NCBI RefSeq assembly: GCF_009914755.1
Contig: NC_060931.1
Length of the DNA: 64,000 nt
Direction: 5' to 3' (one strand)
Source of the DNA: the human T2T-CHM13v2.0 reference genome, Homo sapiens
This document shows, piece after piece, positions 1 to 12,900 of the stretch. A model generated the notes under the pieces. It worked only from the letters and a program-made list of their open reading frames with translations, did not search any database and had not been told where the DNA came from. A program made the translations under genes and the position numbers. Numbering within the stretch: the first letter of the stretch is position 1; each line of letters starts with the position of its first letter.

Positions 1-2110
1 AAAAGTGCTTGGCTGATTTGACTAATAAAGGCTGGTCTGTTATCAGACTGTATAGAGGTGGGAAGGCTAAAATGAGGAATTGTGTCTGACAGAAAGGAAG
101 AAATGACTGTGGTGGCCTTCTCAGACCCTGTAGGAAAGGCCCCTACCTATCCAGTGAAAGTGTCTACCTAGACTAAGAGGTATTTTAGTTATCTGACTTG
201 GAGCATATTGAGTAAAGCTAATTTGCCAGTCCTGGGTGGGGGCAAATCCCTGAGCTTGATGTGTAGGGAAAGGAGGGGACCTGAATAATCCCTGAGAAGT
301 AATAGAATAGCAGATGGAACACTGAGAAGTTATTTCCTTGAGGATAGATTTCCACTATGGAAAGGAAATGAGAGGTTTTAAGAGGCGCGCTAGTGGCTTG
401 TACTATAGCATAGCCTGCCTTTGCTGGTGTGTGGCGATTAGGCCTGGCGGAACTGCCATCAATAAACTAAGTGTGATCAGGGTGAGGAACAGGAAAGAAG
501 GAAATATGGGGAAATGGGGTGAACGTCAGGTGGATCAGAGCGAGGCAGTCATGAGGGTCAGGTGTGGTATCTGGAATAATGTGGGAGGCCGGATTGAAGT
601 CTGGGCCAGGAACAATGGTAATTGTGGGAGACTTAACAAAGAGTGAGTATAGCTGAAGGAGCCGGGGAGCAGAAAGTATATGCATCAGGTGTGAGGAAGA
701 AAATAGATTTTGGAAGTTATGAGAAATGGAGTGAGTTGAGCATAGTTTGTGATTTTTAGGGCCTCTAAAAGTATTAAGGTGGCAGCAGCCACTGCACGGA
801 GACATGATGGCCAGCCTAAAACAGTAAGGTCAAGTTGTTTGGACAAAGGCTACAGGACGCGATCCCGGTCCTTGTGTAAGAATCCCGACTGCACAGCCCA
901 GCACTTCGGCTGTGTGTAATGAAAAGGGTTGCGATGAGTCAGGGAGAGCTAGGGTGAGGGCAGTCTCTAAAGCTGTCTTCAAGGAACGGAATGAGGCGTG
1001 GGGAAAGGATTTAGGATCTATGGGGTCAGCTAGGTTTCCTTTTCTGAGTTTATGTAATGGTTTTGTTAAGATGGCAAAACCAGGTATCCAAAGGCAAAAG
1101 TATCCAACCATGCCCAGGAAGGAAAGGAGTTGTTGTTTTGTAGAATGGATTGAGGCTTGGGAGATTAGTGGGACACGATCAGCAGGGAGAGCACATGTGT
1201 TTTTGCGAGAATTATGCCGAGATAGGTAACAGGTGAGGAAGAAATTTGGGCTTGACTGAAGTAATGGGGCTATCTGTGAAGCTTTGCGGCAGTACAGCCC
1301 AGGTAATTTGCTGACCCTGATGTCAGGGTCAGTCCAAGTGAAAGCGAAGAGAGACTGGGATGAAGGGTGCAAAGGAATAGCAAAGAAAGCATGTTTGAGA
1401 TCTAGAACAGAATAATGGATTATGGAGGGAAGTATTGAGGATATGAGAGTATATGGGTTTGGCACCACAGGGTGGATAGGCAAAACAATTTGGTTGATAA
1501 GGCGCAGATCCTGAACTAACCTGTAAGTCTTGTCTGGTTTTAGGACAGGTAAAATGGGGGAATTGTAAGGAGAGTTTATAGGCTTTAAAAGGCCATGCTG
1601 TAACAGGTGAGTGAAAACAGACTTTAATCATTTTAAACTGTGGGATGGGATATTGGCATTGAGCGAGGTAAGGGTGATTAGATTTTAATGAGATGGTAAG
1701 GGGTGCATGATCGGTCACCAAGGAGGGAGTAGAGGTATCTTATACTTGTGTGTTAAGGTGGGGGGATACAAGAGGAGGACGCAAAGGAGGCTTTGGATTG
1801 GGAAGAAGGGCGGTAATGTGATGCAGCTGTAGTCCAGGAATAGTCAGGGAAGCAGATAATTTAGTTAAAGTGTCTCAGCCTAATAAGGGGACTGGGCAGG
1901 TGGGGATAACTAAAAAGGAGTGCTTAAAAGAGTACTGTCTAAGTTGGCACCAGAGTTGGGGAGTTTTAAGAGGTTTAGAAGCCTGGCTGTCAATACCCAC
2001 AACAGTTACGGAGGCAAGGGAAACAGGCCCTTGACAAGAAGGTAATGTGGAGTGGGTAGCCTCCATATTGATTAAGAAGGGGATGGACTTACCCTTCACT
2101 GTGAGAGTTA
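1..2110 (-). pseudogene. pol: HERV-H #1 pro-pol remnant (frameshifted and deleted)
   Basis: Protease-like SIPFLINMEATHSTLP...CPVPLLG; RT-like PIHPVVPNPYTL..YSVLDLKHAFFAIPLHP and SFLGMVGYFCLWIPGFA; start of RNase H PHPDHT. Confidence 0.9.
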
Positions 2111-2219
2111 CCTAAAGCTCAGTGTCCATGATGGTCTACGGGGCTTCTGAGGCGATCGGGCAGCATCAGTCTTCAGCCGCTAAGCCGAGAAGATCTGGGA
2201 AGGAGTCAGTCAGAGAGCC

Positions 2220-3300
2220 CTGGGGCAGAGTTCCAGGGGCTCTGGGAGTGGCTGCCAGGTGAGTTGAACGGTCCGATTTCCAGTGGGGTCCCGCACATAT
2301 GGGACACTGCTTAGGAGGAATCCCGGGCTGCAGGGGTTCCTTGGCCTGGTGGTCAGATTTCTGGCACTTGTAGCAAGCTCCTGGGGGGAGGTGGTTCTGG
2401 AGGAATGCCTGGCCACTGCGGTTTAGGCGTTTGGAAGTTCTTGTGCGCTGGAGATGTGGCTGGGGTTTGTCTCACAGTTGAGGCAAAGAATTGCAACTCA
2501 GAAATATGTTGCTACTTGGCTGCCTTTACTCTATTATTGTACACTTTGAAGGCGAGGTTAATTAAGTCCTGTTGTGGGGTTTGAGGGCCGGAATTTAATT
2601 TTTGGAGTTTTATTTAATGTCAGGAGCAGATTGGGTAATAAAATGTATATTGAGAATAAGACGGCCTTTTGACATTTTAGGGTCTAGGGGTGTAAAGCCT
2701 CTCAGGGTTGCTGCCGAACAAGCCATGAACTGGGCTGGGTTTTTATATTTGATGAAAAAGAGCCTAAACGCTATCTGATTTGGGGTAAAGAAAAAGGAGC
2801 ATTAACCTTGACTATGCCTTTAGCTCCAGCCACCTTTTTAAGAGTAAATTGCTGGGCAGGTTGGGGAGGGCTAGTCATGGAACGAAACTGTAAGCCGGAC
2901 CGGGTGTGAGGAGGGGAGGTGATAAAAAGGATTATAGGGTGGAGGAGCAGAGGCTGAGGAAGAATTGGGACTTAGCTCGGCCTGGTGAGGAGGGAAGAGG
3001 TCAGATAGGTCTGTAGAAAAGGAAGATTAGAAAGACTCAGTGACGCTTGGGGTTGGGACTGAGGGGGACAGGTGGGAGGGAAAGAAGGAAGATTTGGGAC
3101 GAGTTGCATTGGGAACAGAGACTACGGAGGGCCCGATGTGTAAAAGAATGCCTGGACGTCAGGCACCTCAAACCATTTGCCCATTTTACGACAAGAATTA
3201 TTTAGATCTTGTAGGATGGAAAAATTGAAAGTGCTGTTTTCTGGCTATTTGGAACTACTGTCGAGTTTGTATTGGGGTCAAGTGGCATTGCAGAAGAAAA
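2220..3300 (-). pseudogene. gag: HERV-H #1 gag remnant (disrupted)
   Basis: Colinear with the gag of provirus #2; the first zinc knuckle reads CYKCQKSDHQAKEP and has lost its last Cys. Boundaries approximate. Confidence 0.8.
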
Positions 3301-3495
3301 TAAGACGCTTAGATTTTAGGTCAGGTGACAGTTGAAGAGGTATTAAGTTCTTAAGAACACAGGCTAAGGGAGAAGAAGGAGGAATGGAAGGTGGAAGCTT
3401 GTCCATAGTGAAGGAGGCAAGCCCAGAAAAAACAGAGTAGAGACAGGGAGAAGGGGTGGGGGGTTCTTGCCCTCCAGAAAAGCAGAGAAGGGGTT

Positions 3496-3583
3496 GGGGC
3501 ACAGAAATAAGGGATCGGGGCACAGAGATAAGAGGTCCGGGCACGGAAATAAGGGACCAGGGCACAGAGATAAGAGGTTGGGG
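3496..3583 (-). repeat. About four copies of a ~21-bp tandem repeat in the HERV-H #1 leader
   Basis: GGGCAC(A/G)GA(A/G)ATAAG(A/G)G.. repeated; translates as repeated LISVP in ORF 3769..3278. Confidence 0.85.
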
Positions 3584-4049
3584 TTCCTGCCCCTCCCGCA
3601 GAAAAGTGGGACTTGCCGCTAAGGGTGAAGGACCCAGGCAGGCATCCCTGCATGGTCTGACACCTCTGAAACCTGGGTGAATAATCAGAGAGGTGTCCCT
3701 GCAATGATTAAACACCAAGGGAAGGCTGCCTTCCCTAGTCCGTGACCAGCGCCGGAGTTTTGGGTCCACGGATAAAACGTGTCTCCTTTGTCTCTACCAG
3801 AAAATGAAAGGAATTGAAATTAAGAGAAGGGAGAGATTGAAGTGTGGCGACAAGATTGAAAGGAGAAAGAGGTTGAGGGATAGTGAGGGAGGTTGGAGAA
3901 GAGAGTAAAAAGAGGCTGCTTACTGGATTTGAAATTGGTGAAACGTTTCTTGGGCTGGTCGGTCTGAGGACCTGAGGTCGTAGGTGGATCTTTCTCTTGG
4001 AGCAAAGAGCAGGAGGACAGGGGATTGATCTCCCAAGGGAGGTCCCTGG

Positions 4050-4067
4050 ATCTGAGTCACGGCACCA
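4050..4067 (-). other. Primer-binding site for tRNA-His (HERV-H #1)
   Basis: TGGTGCCGTGACTCAGAT, 17/18 match to the HERV-H PBS TGGTGCCGTGACTCGGAT, 2 nt inside the LTR. Confidence 0.95.
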
Positions 4068-4069
4068 AA

Positions 4070-4562
4070 TTTCACTTGTGTCCATGTGAAGAGACCACCC
4101 AACAGGCTTTGTGTGAGCAATAAAGCTGTTTATTTCACCTGGGTGCAGGCGGGCTGAATCCAAAAAGAGAGTCAGTGAAGGGAGATAGGGGCGGGGCCGT
4201 TTTATAGGATTTGGGTAGGTAAAGGAAAAAGGGGGGTTGTTCTCTGGCGGGCAGGAGTGGGGGTCACAAGGTGCTCAGTAGGGGAGCTTTTGAGCCAGGA
4301 TGAGCCAGGAGAAGGAATTTCACAAGATAATGTCATCAGTTAAGGCAGGAACAGGCCATTTTCACTTCTTTTGTGGTGGAATGTCATCAGTTAAGGCAAG
4401 GACTGGCCATTTACACTTCTTTTGTGGTGGAATGTCATCAGTTAAGGCGGGGCTGGGCATTTTCACTTCTTTTGTGATTCTTCAGTTACTTCAGGCCATC
4501 TGGGCATATACGTGCAAGTCACAGGGGGTGCGATGGCTTGGCTTGGGCTCAGAGGCCTGACA
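4070..4562 (-). promoter_or_regulatory. 5' LTR (LTR7 family) of HERV-H #1 with three 51-bp U3 repeats
   Basis: Starts TGTCAGGCC at 4562 and ends GTGAAA at 4070; TATAAA at 4206-4201; AATAAA at 4134-4129; repeat units start at 4329, 4380 and 4431. Confidence 0.95.
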
Positions 4563-5519
4563 AATATGAATTTATATATGACATTGTATTAATTTTTGAC
4601 ATTCTTACAATATTAATGGTTTTAATTAACTCTAATAGGAAATACTTAGATAAATCTAGTAAACTATACACCTTTCTAAAAATAATTATCGCTATTTCAT
4701 AAATTAGTTTATTCTTACTATTTGGAAACACCAACACTACCTACAGCGCCCATCACACAAACAGCATTTTTTTAAAAAACAATCTGCCTCTTTTATTCAA
4801 CTATTATTTAAAGCTTGTAGGAGCACTAAACAAATGATTCAGTATAATACTCTAGTTCAGGATGCTGGTAAAAATAGTACATCCCCTTTTAAACACTTTA
4901 ATAAATATGGGTTCTGAAATGCAGTTAAATTGATGGCTCTTCTGCTCATGTTGGATCCTCTGGTTTTGTAATTTCATGATGTGGATTTACAAACTATGTC
5001 ATTCGCATCACACCTCAATTCTTCATTTAAATCTCTTTTAAGAGCTAAGACCCAGATTCCTCTTTGCCTACTCACAACACTTCATTCCTTCCTCAAAATT
5101 CCTTTGCAATGCAGTATATTAGAAATGGATAATAGCTTCAAAAGCCTCTTTACCTAGTATTCTCTGCTTATTTTACTTCCATTGCCTCAGACACCACCAT
5201 TTTTCCTTAGGATGAGAATGTAAACTGGTTAGTCTGAATCTGTTTTATTTTTCATGTGTAAAGTTTGAGACAAAACAAATCTGTAACCAGTGAGACATCT
5301 GGTCCTCACCATCTCATTAATTTACTTATTTGTTCATTCAGGGTATACAGTATAGTGATTTCAGAATTGTCAACATTTACCTCTTTGGGAAACAAAGTTA
5401 TCAACTAAAGTACAGTACTTATCTGTGGTTGTTTTATTCTTGAAGACGTAATTTATTCCCAAAACCACTTAAGTCAGGACCTTTCTCCCCCCATTGAGGT
5501 TATTACATACATATGTAAT

Positions 5520-5520
<1 letters not shown>

Positions 5521-5553
<33 letters not shown>

Positions 5554-5563
5554 GATAGATAGA
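5521..5563. repeat. (TAGA)n tetranucleotide microsatellite
   Basis: About 10 TAGA units with one TGA interruption. Confidence 0.95.
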
Positions 5564-5565
5564 CA

Positions 5566-5603
5566 TTAAGTTGGTACAAAAGTAATTGCAGTTTTTGCCA
5601 TTA
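5566..5603. mobile_element. Half MADE1 (one Hsmar1 mariner inverted repeat)
   Basis: TTAAGTTGGTACAAAAGTAATTGCAGTTTTTGCCATTA resembles the MADE1 arm TTAGGTTGGTGCAAAAGTAATTGCGGTTTTTGCCATTA; no second arm follows. Confidence 0.85.
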
Positions 5604-5816
5604 ATTTGAACAGATATAGCAGTATATATATTTGTCAAATTTCATTTTGGGAACCTCCAATCTCCACAGTGGTTCTTTTTTTAAACTTACATATTTAATA
5701 CATTAAGTTTCATTCTTTTTGCTGTAAAGTTCTATGGATTTTCAAGATGTACACTGTCAGATATCCACTATAATAGTATTATTCAGACAAGATTTACCAC
5801 CTTAAAATATCTTCTG

Positions 5817-6187
<371 letters not shown>

Positions 6188-6831
6188 CTATATATTTTTG
6201 CCTTTTCCAGAATGTCATATAAATGGAATCATACAGTAGTCCTCTGTGACTGGCGTCGTGCATTTGATATTATGTATTTATAATTCTTTTATGTATTTGC
6301 AATGCTGGTAGTTCATTCCTTTTCATCCTAAATAGTATTCAATTGTATGGATGTCTCAGAGTTTGTTTATCTATTCACCTGTTGATGAATTTCTTAACTG
6401 TTTCAGGATTTTGGTGATTATTAACAAAGTTGCCATAACATTCAAATGCAAGTTCATGTGTGGATATACATTTTCAAATCAGTTGGGTAAACACCTAGGA
6501 GCAGGATTGGTAGAACAAATGGTATGGTGCTGGTTAGTTTTGTAATAAACTCTTCCCCTGCCAGAGTCATGAAGGGATCTTTCTTGTTAGAAACTCTTGG
6601 GTTTCTGCAGATAAGACCCATGCAAGTGTAAGAGTTCCACCTCTGGGAATTTTTTACTCTCATACTGGTCCATGCTCAGCCTCCAGTAGTTTGTCAACAC
6701 TTGCCATTTAAATTTTCCTACCAGTTTGCAACTCCAGCAACTTCTGCTCCAGGGAAGTCAATCGTGACTCCATCTCTCTAAATGTTCCTGTCTTTCCAGA
6801 TTTCTGGGTGGTTGTTTGCACTGGGTCAAAG

Positions 6832-6945
6832 AAAAGTAAATAATTTTCAGTTTGTCCAGTTTCTTTTTTCTTGATGTATGCACAAAAATGAAAGTAATTT
6901 ATTTTTGGTTTGTCCAGTTTTTTTTCTTGATGTGTGCACAAAATG
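6832..6945. repeat. Two-copy tandem duplication, ~57-bp unit
   Basis: AAAGTAA..TTTGTCCAGTTT..TTCTTGATGT(A/G)TGCACAAAA(A)TG occurs twice in a row. Confidence 0.85.
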
Positions 6946-9900
6946 ACAGCTTGCAAGTTCTTTACAAGTTAGAAGAAATACCAGAATTTATTTTTTATTG
7001 AACATTTTTTACAATTTTTCTTCTTACTGTGTTTTCTTTCCGTTTTCAAAATTTCAGTTCATCAGATACAGCAGATTACGGTGTCATTCTCTCTCCTTTT
7101 ATTTTTTTGTTCCACTTTTTGTTATACTTCCTGGGAGAGTCCTCACATTTATTTCCAAAATAACACTAAACATATTTTTTAAAAAGAGACGAGTTTTTAA
7201 TTTTCATAAACCTTCTTGTTTTCTAATTTTCTTCTTTATTATATCCTCTTTTGATTATGGTTGTATAATTTATTTTTATAACTCCCTACAATATAAATTA
7301 TAGGTTATAGAATCTGTCTTTTGCTCTCTGTTCTACATCTGTTCTCCCCTGCACTGAATTCTGATTTTATTTTCATTTGTCTCATTTTATTTCATGTCTA
7401 ATTTTCTTTGATATCTGTTCAAAATTATAAGTAAAGCTTTAAAAATATGATTGATTCTTCCATTTGTGTGAGTGGTGCTTCAGTTTGATCAGTTTGAAGG
7501 AATCTCTATCTGCCTGTATGTGGAGCATATGGGGTTAATTTACCTGGGGTGGAGATAATATTCAAGATGAAAGAGATGTTAGAACAGGAATGTTAGGGCT
7601 AGCCTTTCTGGAAGGAAACAGAGAAGGCTGCTGAAAAGTTCTTCATTTAGAAAATAGGCTTTCATTGAATCTCCTTTCTTAAGTTGTATGCCTCACTCTG
7701 CTATCTTCCTTTGTGGTCTTAAATTCAGAGTTTTCTTGTTTGTTTATTCTGGAAACCAAACCCTTTTTCATTTCAGCCATTCAAAATTTGATTAAAATTT
7801 GTTATTCTGTCTTTTCCTTGGGGTAAATCCTTTTTTTTCCTTCTATAACTAAATTTTAGTTAGTATTTATTAGACAGAAGACAAACACATGTTGTTAATT
7901 TGTTTGCCACACTCAATATTTTGATCTTTTATTGATAAATATTTATGGATAATGTCTTATATTGTTTTCCTACATGGATGTAATAATTCCTGCACTTGGC
8001 AAGTTATTAATAATAGCTTGGTAAATAATGTGATTCTTGAAAAATAAAATCAGAAATTAAAAAGTTTCAGTTTCTATAGGATATAAAATTTAAGTATACA
8101 TATTATAAGTAACTCTGCATTTGACTGGTATTACATATATAAGTAACTGCAATTGAATGGTATTACATATATTATATATATATATACACACACATATATA
8201 TATGCAAAGTTATTTATTTTTTAATCCATTTTTCCCATAGCTTTAGGTTTACCACTTCTAAAGAAGTATGAAGTTGTATTCTCAATTCATTCGGATAGTC
8301 TTTCAATTTTAATAGAAAAATATAAGCCATTTATAATGATTGTCATAAATATTATTTTGGTTGTCAACCCCTACTTTACATTTTGTATTTTTAACTCTTT
8401 TAATTAACATGAAGTATATATTACAGATTCTTGAAATAGTTTAAAGGCATAAATGCCATCTATTTATTTATTGTTACTATTAATTGCCTTTAAGTTAAAA
8501 AATACATTAAATAAGTATCAGGAATAAAAAAGTGTTTATTTCATATTTCACATGTAAGATATGGTAAAGATTATAAATTGATATGCTTCTGCTTCTTTTT
8601 TCCCACAGGTTTTTTTTTGTTTTATATGTGTACTTGCAAATTTTAGACCCAGATTAGAAACATCATCTTTAATGTTACATACTTTGATTTTATAAATTAT
8701 TTTGATGTTTGTATTTTTAATGTTTATAACAATTTCTGGACATTTTTAAAGCATTTTGACTGTTAAATATGTCTTTTTTAAATTCTCTAACATTCAATTT
8801 TTTATAAGTTAAATTTTTTATCTGTATGTAATCATTGTACATATTTTGGGGGCACATGTGATATTTTGATACATGCATTGACATCGTTATTTCTTGAGTT
8901 AATCATTTTGCTTTATGTATTTATTGGTCAGCTAAATTATTGCTTAGTTCCTTATATCTCCAGAAAGGGTAAGCTTGTGATATACTTCTGTTCATAAATC
9001 TTAGGATATCTGAATATTTTTTCATAACTGAATTACCACCTAGTTAAATCCATTGCTATTGTTCCCAAAGCTTTATAGCTACCCCTTCAATATTTATTAT
9101 CGTGGAGGAATCTGAGGCTAGTTTGACGTCCATCTTGTCTTTATACCAAGAAAAATCATCTTTGGTCTTTTCTGTCTATACCAAGAGTAATATTGAATGT
9201 TGAGTTTTATACCAATGATTACATTGCCTGCTTTATTGCTTCTGTGAATTATTGCTTCTGGGCAAATATAACTTTGTGATTTTAATTTTATAACAACCTA
9301 TTCTTATCCAGTCAACTGTTAAAAATCATCTCAGTTCATTATAACTTCATAACATTTTGACTGTCTTGTTTTGTCATTCATATTTTTAAATTTCCTAAGA
9401 ACACAAGGTAAATTTATTTATAAAATTTAACTTTCTTTTCAATAGTAAATCTTTATCAAAAATATATTTTGTCTGTGCACCTTTAAAGGACTATTATATA
9501 GTCAATTACATTGTAATCTATTTAATGGGCCCACGTAAGAGTTGCTTATGAACTGCTCATTGAATAAGTGGCAGTCTAAACAGTCTTTGGTGATTATTTA
9601 CCCCTCGTTCTCACTAACTAACGATAAAGCTGCTGTTCATATCCTCCTTTCAGAACTAGGTTTCAGTGTTTAATGACACAAAAACTTCTTTTAAAAATTA
9701 TGATGTCAAGTAGTTATTTATCTAATGGGCCTTTACTAAACTGAGAACAAATGGATTGCTTTCTTTCTCTAATAATCTGATATATCATGGAATATTTTTC
9801 TTCAGATGTACCTGAGATCTTTTTTTAATCAGCTTCCAGCTGCCTATAAATTCTATAATAGTCAAGGCAAGAGTAAAATGATCAACTCTTTCACCATCAA

Positions 9901-12900
9901 CAAATGGCAGTAGCAAGTATTGTGTTTTATAAGTTTAATAAGTATACTTATAAAAATAATTCAGAACTTTATAATTCTCAACAATAATATTTATGAAAAT
10001 GTTTTAGTACTTGATTTGTTTATAGGTTGAAACATTTCCAAAGTCTGTAGATTTTAGCATAGCAGGAAAATGAAATAAGTATAAAATTGTTAAAATTTTA
10101 TACTGCTTCCAAGACTTCCCCGTATTTTCAAGTATCTAGTTTATTTCCAGTTATTCAATGTACCAATAACTATCAAATTCAAACCACAGTCACAGTATAA
10201 TTTTGAAAATTATAAAGTTCCAAATAACTATGAAATACAAAAATCTTAATGATGGAATTAAAATGAAAATAAATTGCCCTGATCACCTCTGGCAGAGCTC
10301 TTCATGCATTTCTGACATTTGTTTTCCTTCCCTTAAATAATGAATAGTCTAGGTCTTTAAAGTAGGAGTGCTCACTAAGAATGGGTGAAAATCCCATTTG
10401 CTTTCTAATTGGCCTCTGTGTTTTACAATAGAATTTAATTTGCTCTTTTATTAATAGTAATTCCTTTTGATGTCTAACAGAGTGGTGCTTAATATTTTTA
10501 ATTTCTCCATACAATTTTACATTTTATCTATTTTTCTACCGGTCATTTGATGAGAAGTTGGGGGATGTCATATTGGTTAATGCTGGCTAGCTACCACCTT
10601 AACGTTAAAGTTTGAAGAAAACTTTAAATGGTAATACATGGTTCTAAACCCATTGAAGTTTACAAGTAATTTGGATATACAAAATATCAATAATACTCTT
10701 GCCAGATGGCTGATAAATTATTACAGTAAGGCAATGACTATACAAGAAAAGTGAGATTTGTTTTCCTGAATGTACCTTTGCTCTTCTTCATTTAATACGT
10801 GCATTTCATTATGACTAGAACTTTTAGTTTTCCTGAAAATTTTCTAGACGTAAAGATTTTAGCTGCTCTAAATATGAAGGTGGAGGAATGATTCTTACTG
10901 CTTGTTTTGCTTCAAAGAAACTGCCAGTTCTGTGACAACTAACACACATTCAGTGCCTCTGTTTGATACTCATTTATATTGTTGCTCCTTAACCTGAACA
11001 TGCATTCACTTGCCCTGCAGAAATGCCTGAATGTTCATAAATTGCCTTACTTTTTATCTCCATCTTTCTGTACAACAGAGAAATCTGGATGAGTTGGAAA
11101 GACCAGGATACCAAAGGAATTATGATGATTTGGTTTTATAATAGCCAGAGGCATATAGGCCACAAATGGGAAAATGGCATGGGTACAGGAGCGATGAGGT
11201 AAGAATCAGGGCAAACAAAGCCCTAGCATATTAGATCTGTGGTGTTAGTTCTAAGAATCAGCAGAGGCAAGTTGTTCCCTTTAGTCTTTCACTTAACTAT
11301 TTATTTTTTCAATCCACCAAGAGATGGATTCTGAGCATTACCCTGGACATCCTTAATCTGGAGTCCCTGCATTGATGCTGACCCTGGGCCTTCTGCTCGC
11401 TTGGGTTATCTGCTACTTTTGCACCTAGAATGAGTCAAGCCTACATCAAGACGAGGTGTTCTGGCTCCTGGTAAATTATTTATAGCTCTCAGAGTTCCTG
11501 GGTACCCTTGTAGAGGTCCCTCTGGAGAACACAATGGAAGTGTAGTTTAGGGGAGATGCATGGTGAAATCAGGACCGTTTCTTCCAGTGCTTACTAATAA
11601 TTTGTCAGGACTATTGGAGAGACAATAATGGAGAAATTTCTCCAAATGATCATGTCAAAAACTTAATGAAACTGTTTCGAGATGAATGGCAACTAACAAA
11701 ATGTGCCCAGGACTCAAAGCATCGGAATGCTGTTCTCTATTTGTAAAATCCCATATTTTTGTAGTTGAAACACGTTTCTTCTTTTCTAACCTTTAAAACA
11801 GACGCTTGATCAAGGGAATAGATCTTTATTTTGCGAATAATCAGTTGACAACATGTTACTTTGGAGAGATTATCACTTTTTGCCAAAGTCTACACCATCT
11901 GTTCCACACTCTAATTACCAATAAAAGAAAGGACCTAATTCACAATTGCATGATAAAAAAGTTAAATGTGATTTAAATGTATTTGTTTGTTTTTTATTTA
12001 AAGAAGTTTCAATGATGCATCTGTTACTCATTTTTCAATATTTTGACACAGATCATAAGAAAATACTGGAATAAGGATATAGCAAACAAATATGCAAACT
12101 TTCTAGAGGGACAATTTCTATCAGTATATAGACCCTAAAACCTGCATTATTAATTAGCCATTAAGCTAGTGATTGAATAAATGAGTTTATTACAGAATGA
12201 TTGGGTTTTTAAAAATAGTATTTAGTTTTAAAAATTCACATCGCCTGGGAAATTATATTGGTAAATTTATAAACTACTATATCTAAACAAGAATCAATCA
12301 CTTTAAATCAGCAAAAACAATGTATATGCAGCCTATTAGTTTCTGTTAAGTCAGTATGATTGGAGGTGGGAAATGGTTGGGAACTTCCACAGGGATTCTC
12401 GGCCAAAAAAAAAAAAGTGACATATAATTGGAAGATGAGAGAGAAATATCAATATATGTCTTCCTTTCTTGAATATACTGATATTACTAGCTGAACAATA
12501 CTATCAAAATGCACATTTGTAAAATGAAACTGGAAGTTGGGTTATTTTTACCTACCCAGCACCAATACTATCAGTGTTTTGTTTTCCCTCTTGTGGAACT
12601 GCTTTTTCCTCTACGGTCTATGGCTTTTTTTATGGGATTGGTGGCCATACCTATCAAAATGTTCAGTCTGCTCACAATTAACTAGATATGCTATTAAAAT
12701 TAGATAAATGGCAGCAGACCCTGAACCTTCTTCTAGAAACATTGGGAAAAAGAACCTCTCCCTACTGGTTTTGCTTATCTGTGAATATGTGAGTTTGGAG
12801 CCTTCTGGGGCCATCTTTGTATGATGAGGAAAACAGAGTCAAGTGGTCAAGAAAATCAAATTTCTGATGCCATTTAAACTTTTGGACTAAACTGTGCTTG

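Larger units (their letters stand above)
1..4562 (-). mobile_element. HERV-H provirus #1, internally deleted; 3' part lies outside the window
   Basis: Minus strand reads LTR7 (TGTCAGGCCTCTGAGCCCAAGC...), tRNA-His PBS, then gag, protease and RT/RNase H remnants (ORFs 2099..1875, 1483..830, 805..467). Confidence 0.97.

Noticed and set aside
3278-4163. Several 100-160 aa ORFs in the HERV-H leader (also 53366-54018)
   Set aside because: C-rich, stop-poor leader sequence produces such frames in HERV-H copies; no evidence of coding function.
4329-4476. Regularly spaced repeats resembling a CRISPR array
   Set aside because: They are contiguous LTR7 U3 repeats with no unique spacers, no cas genes and a primate context.
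8580-8612. Strong plus-strand splice acceptor TTCTTTTTTCCCACAG|G
   Set aside because: Followed by T-rich low-complexity sequence with no convincing donor; likely chance in T-rich DNA.
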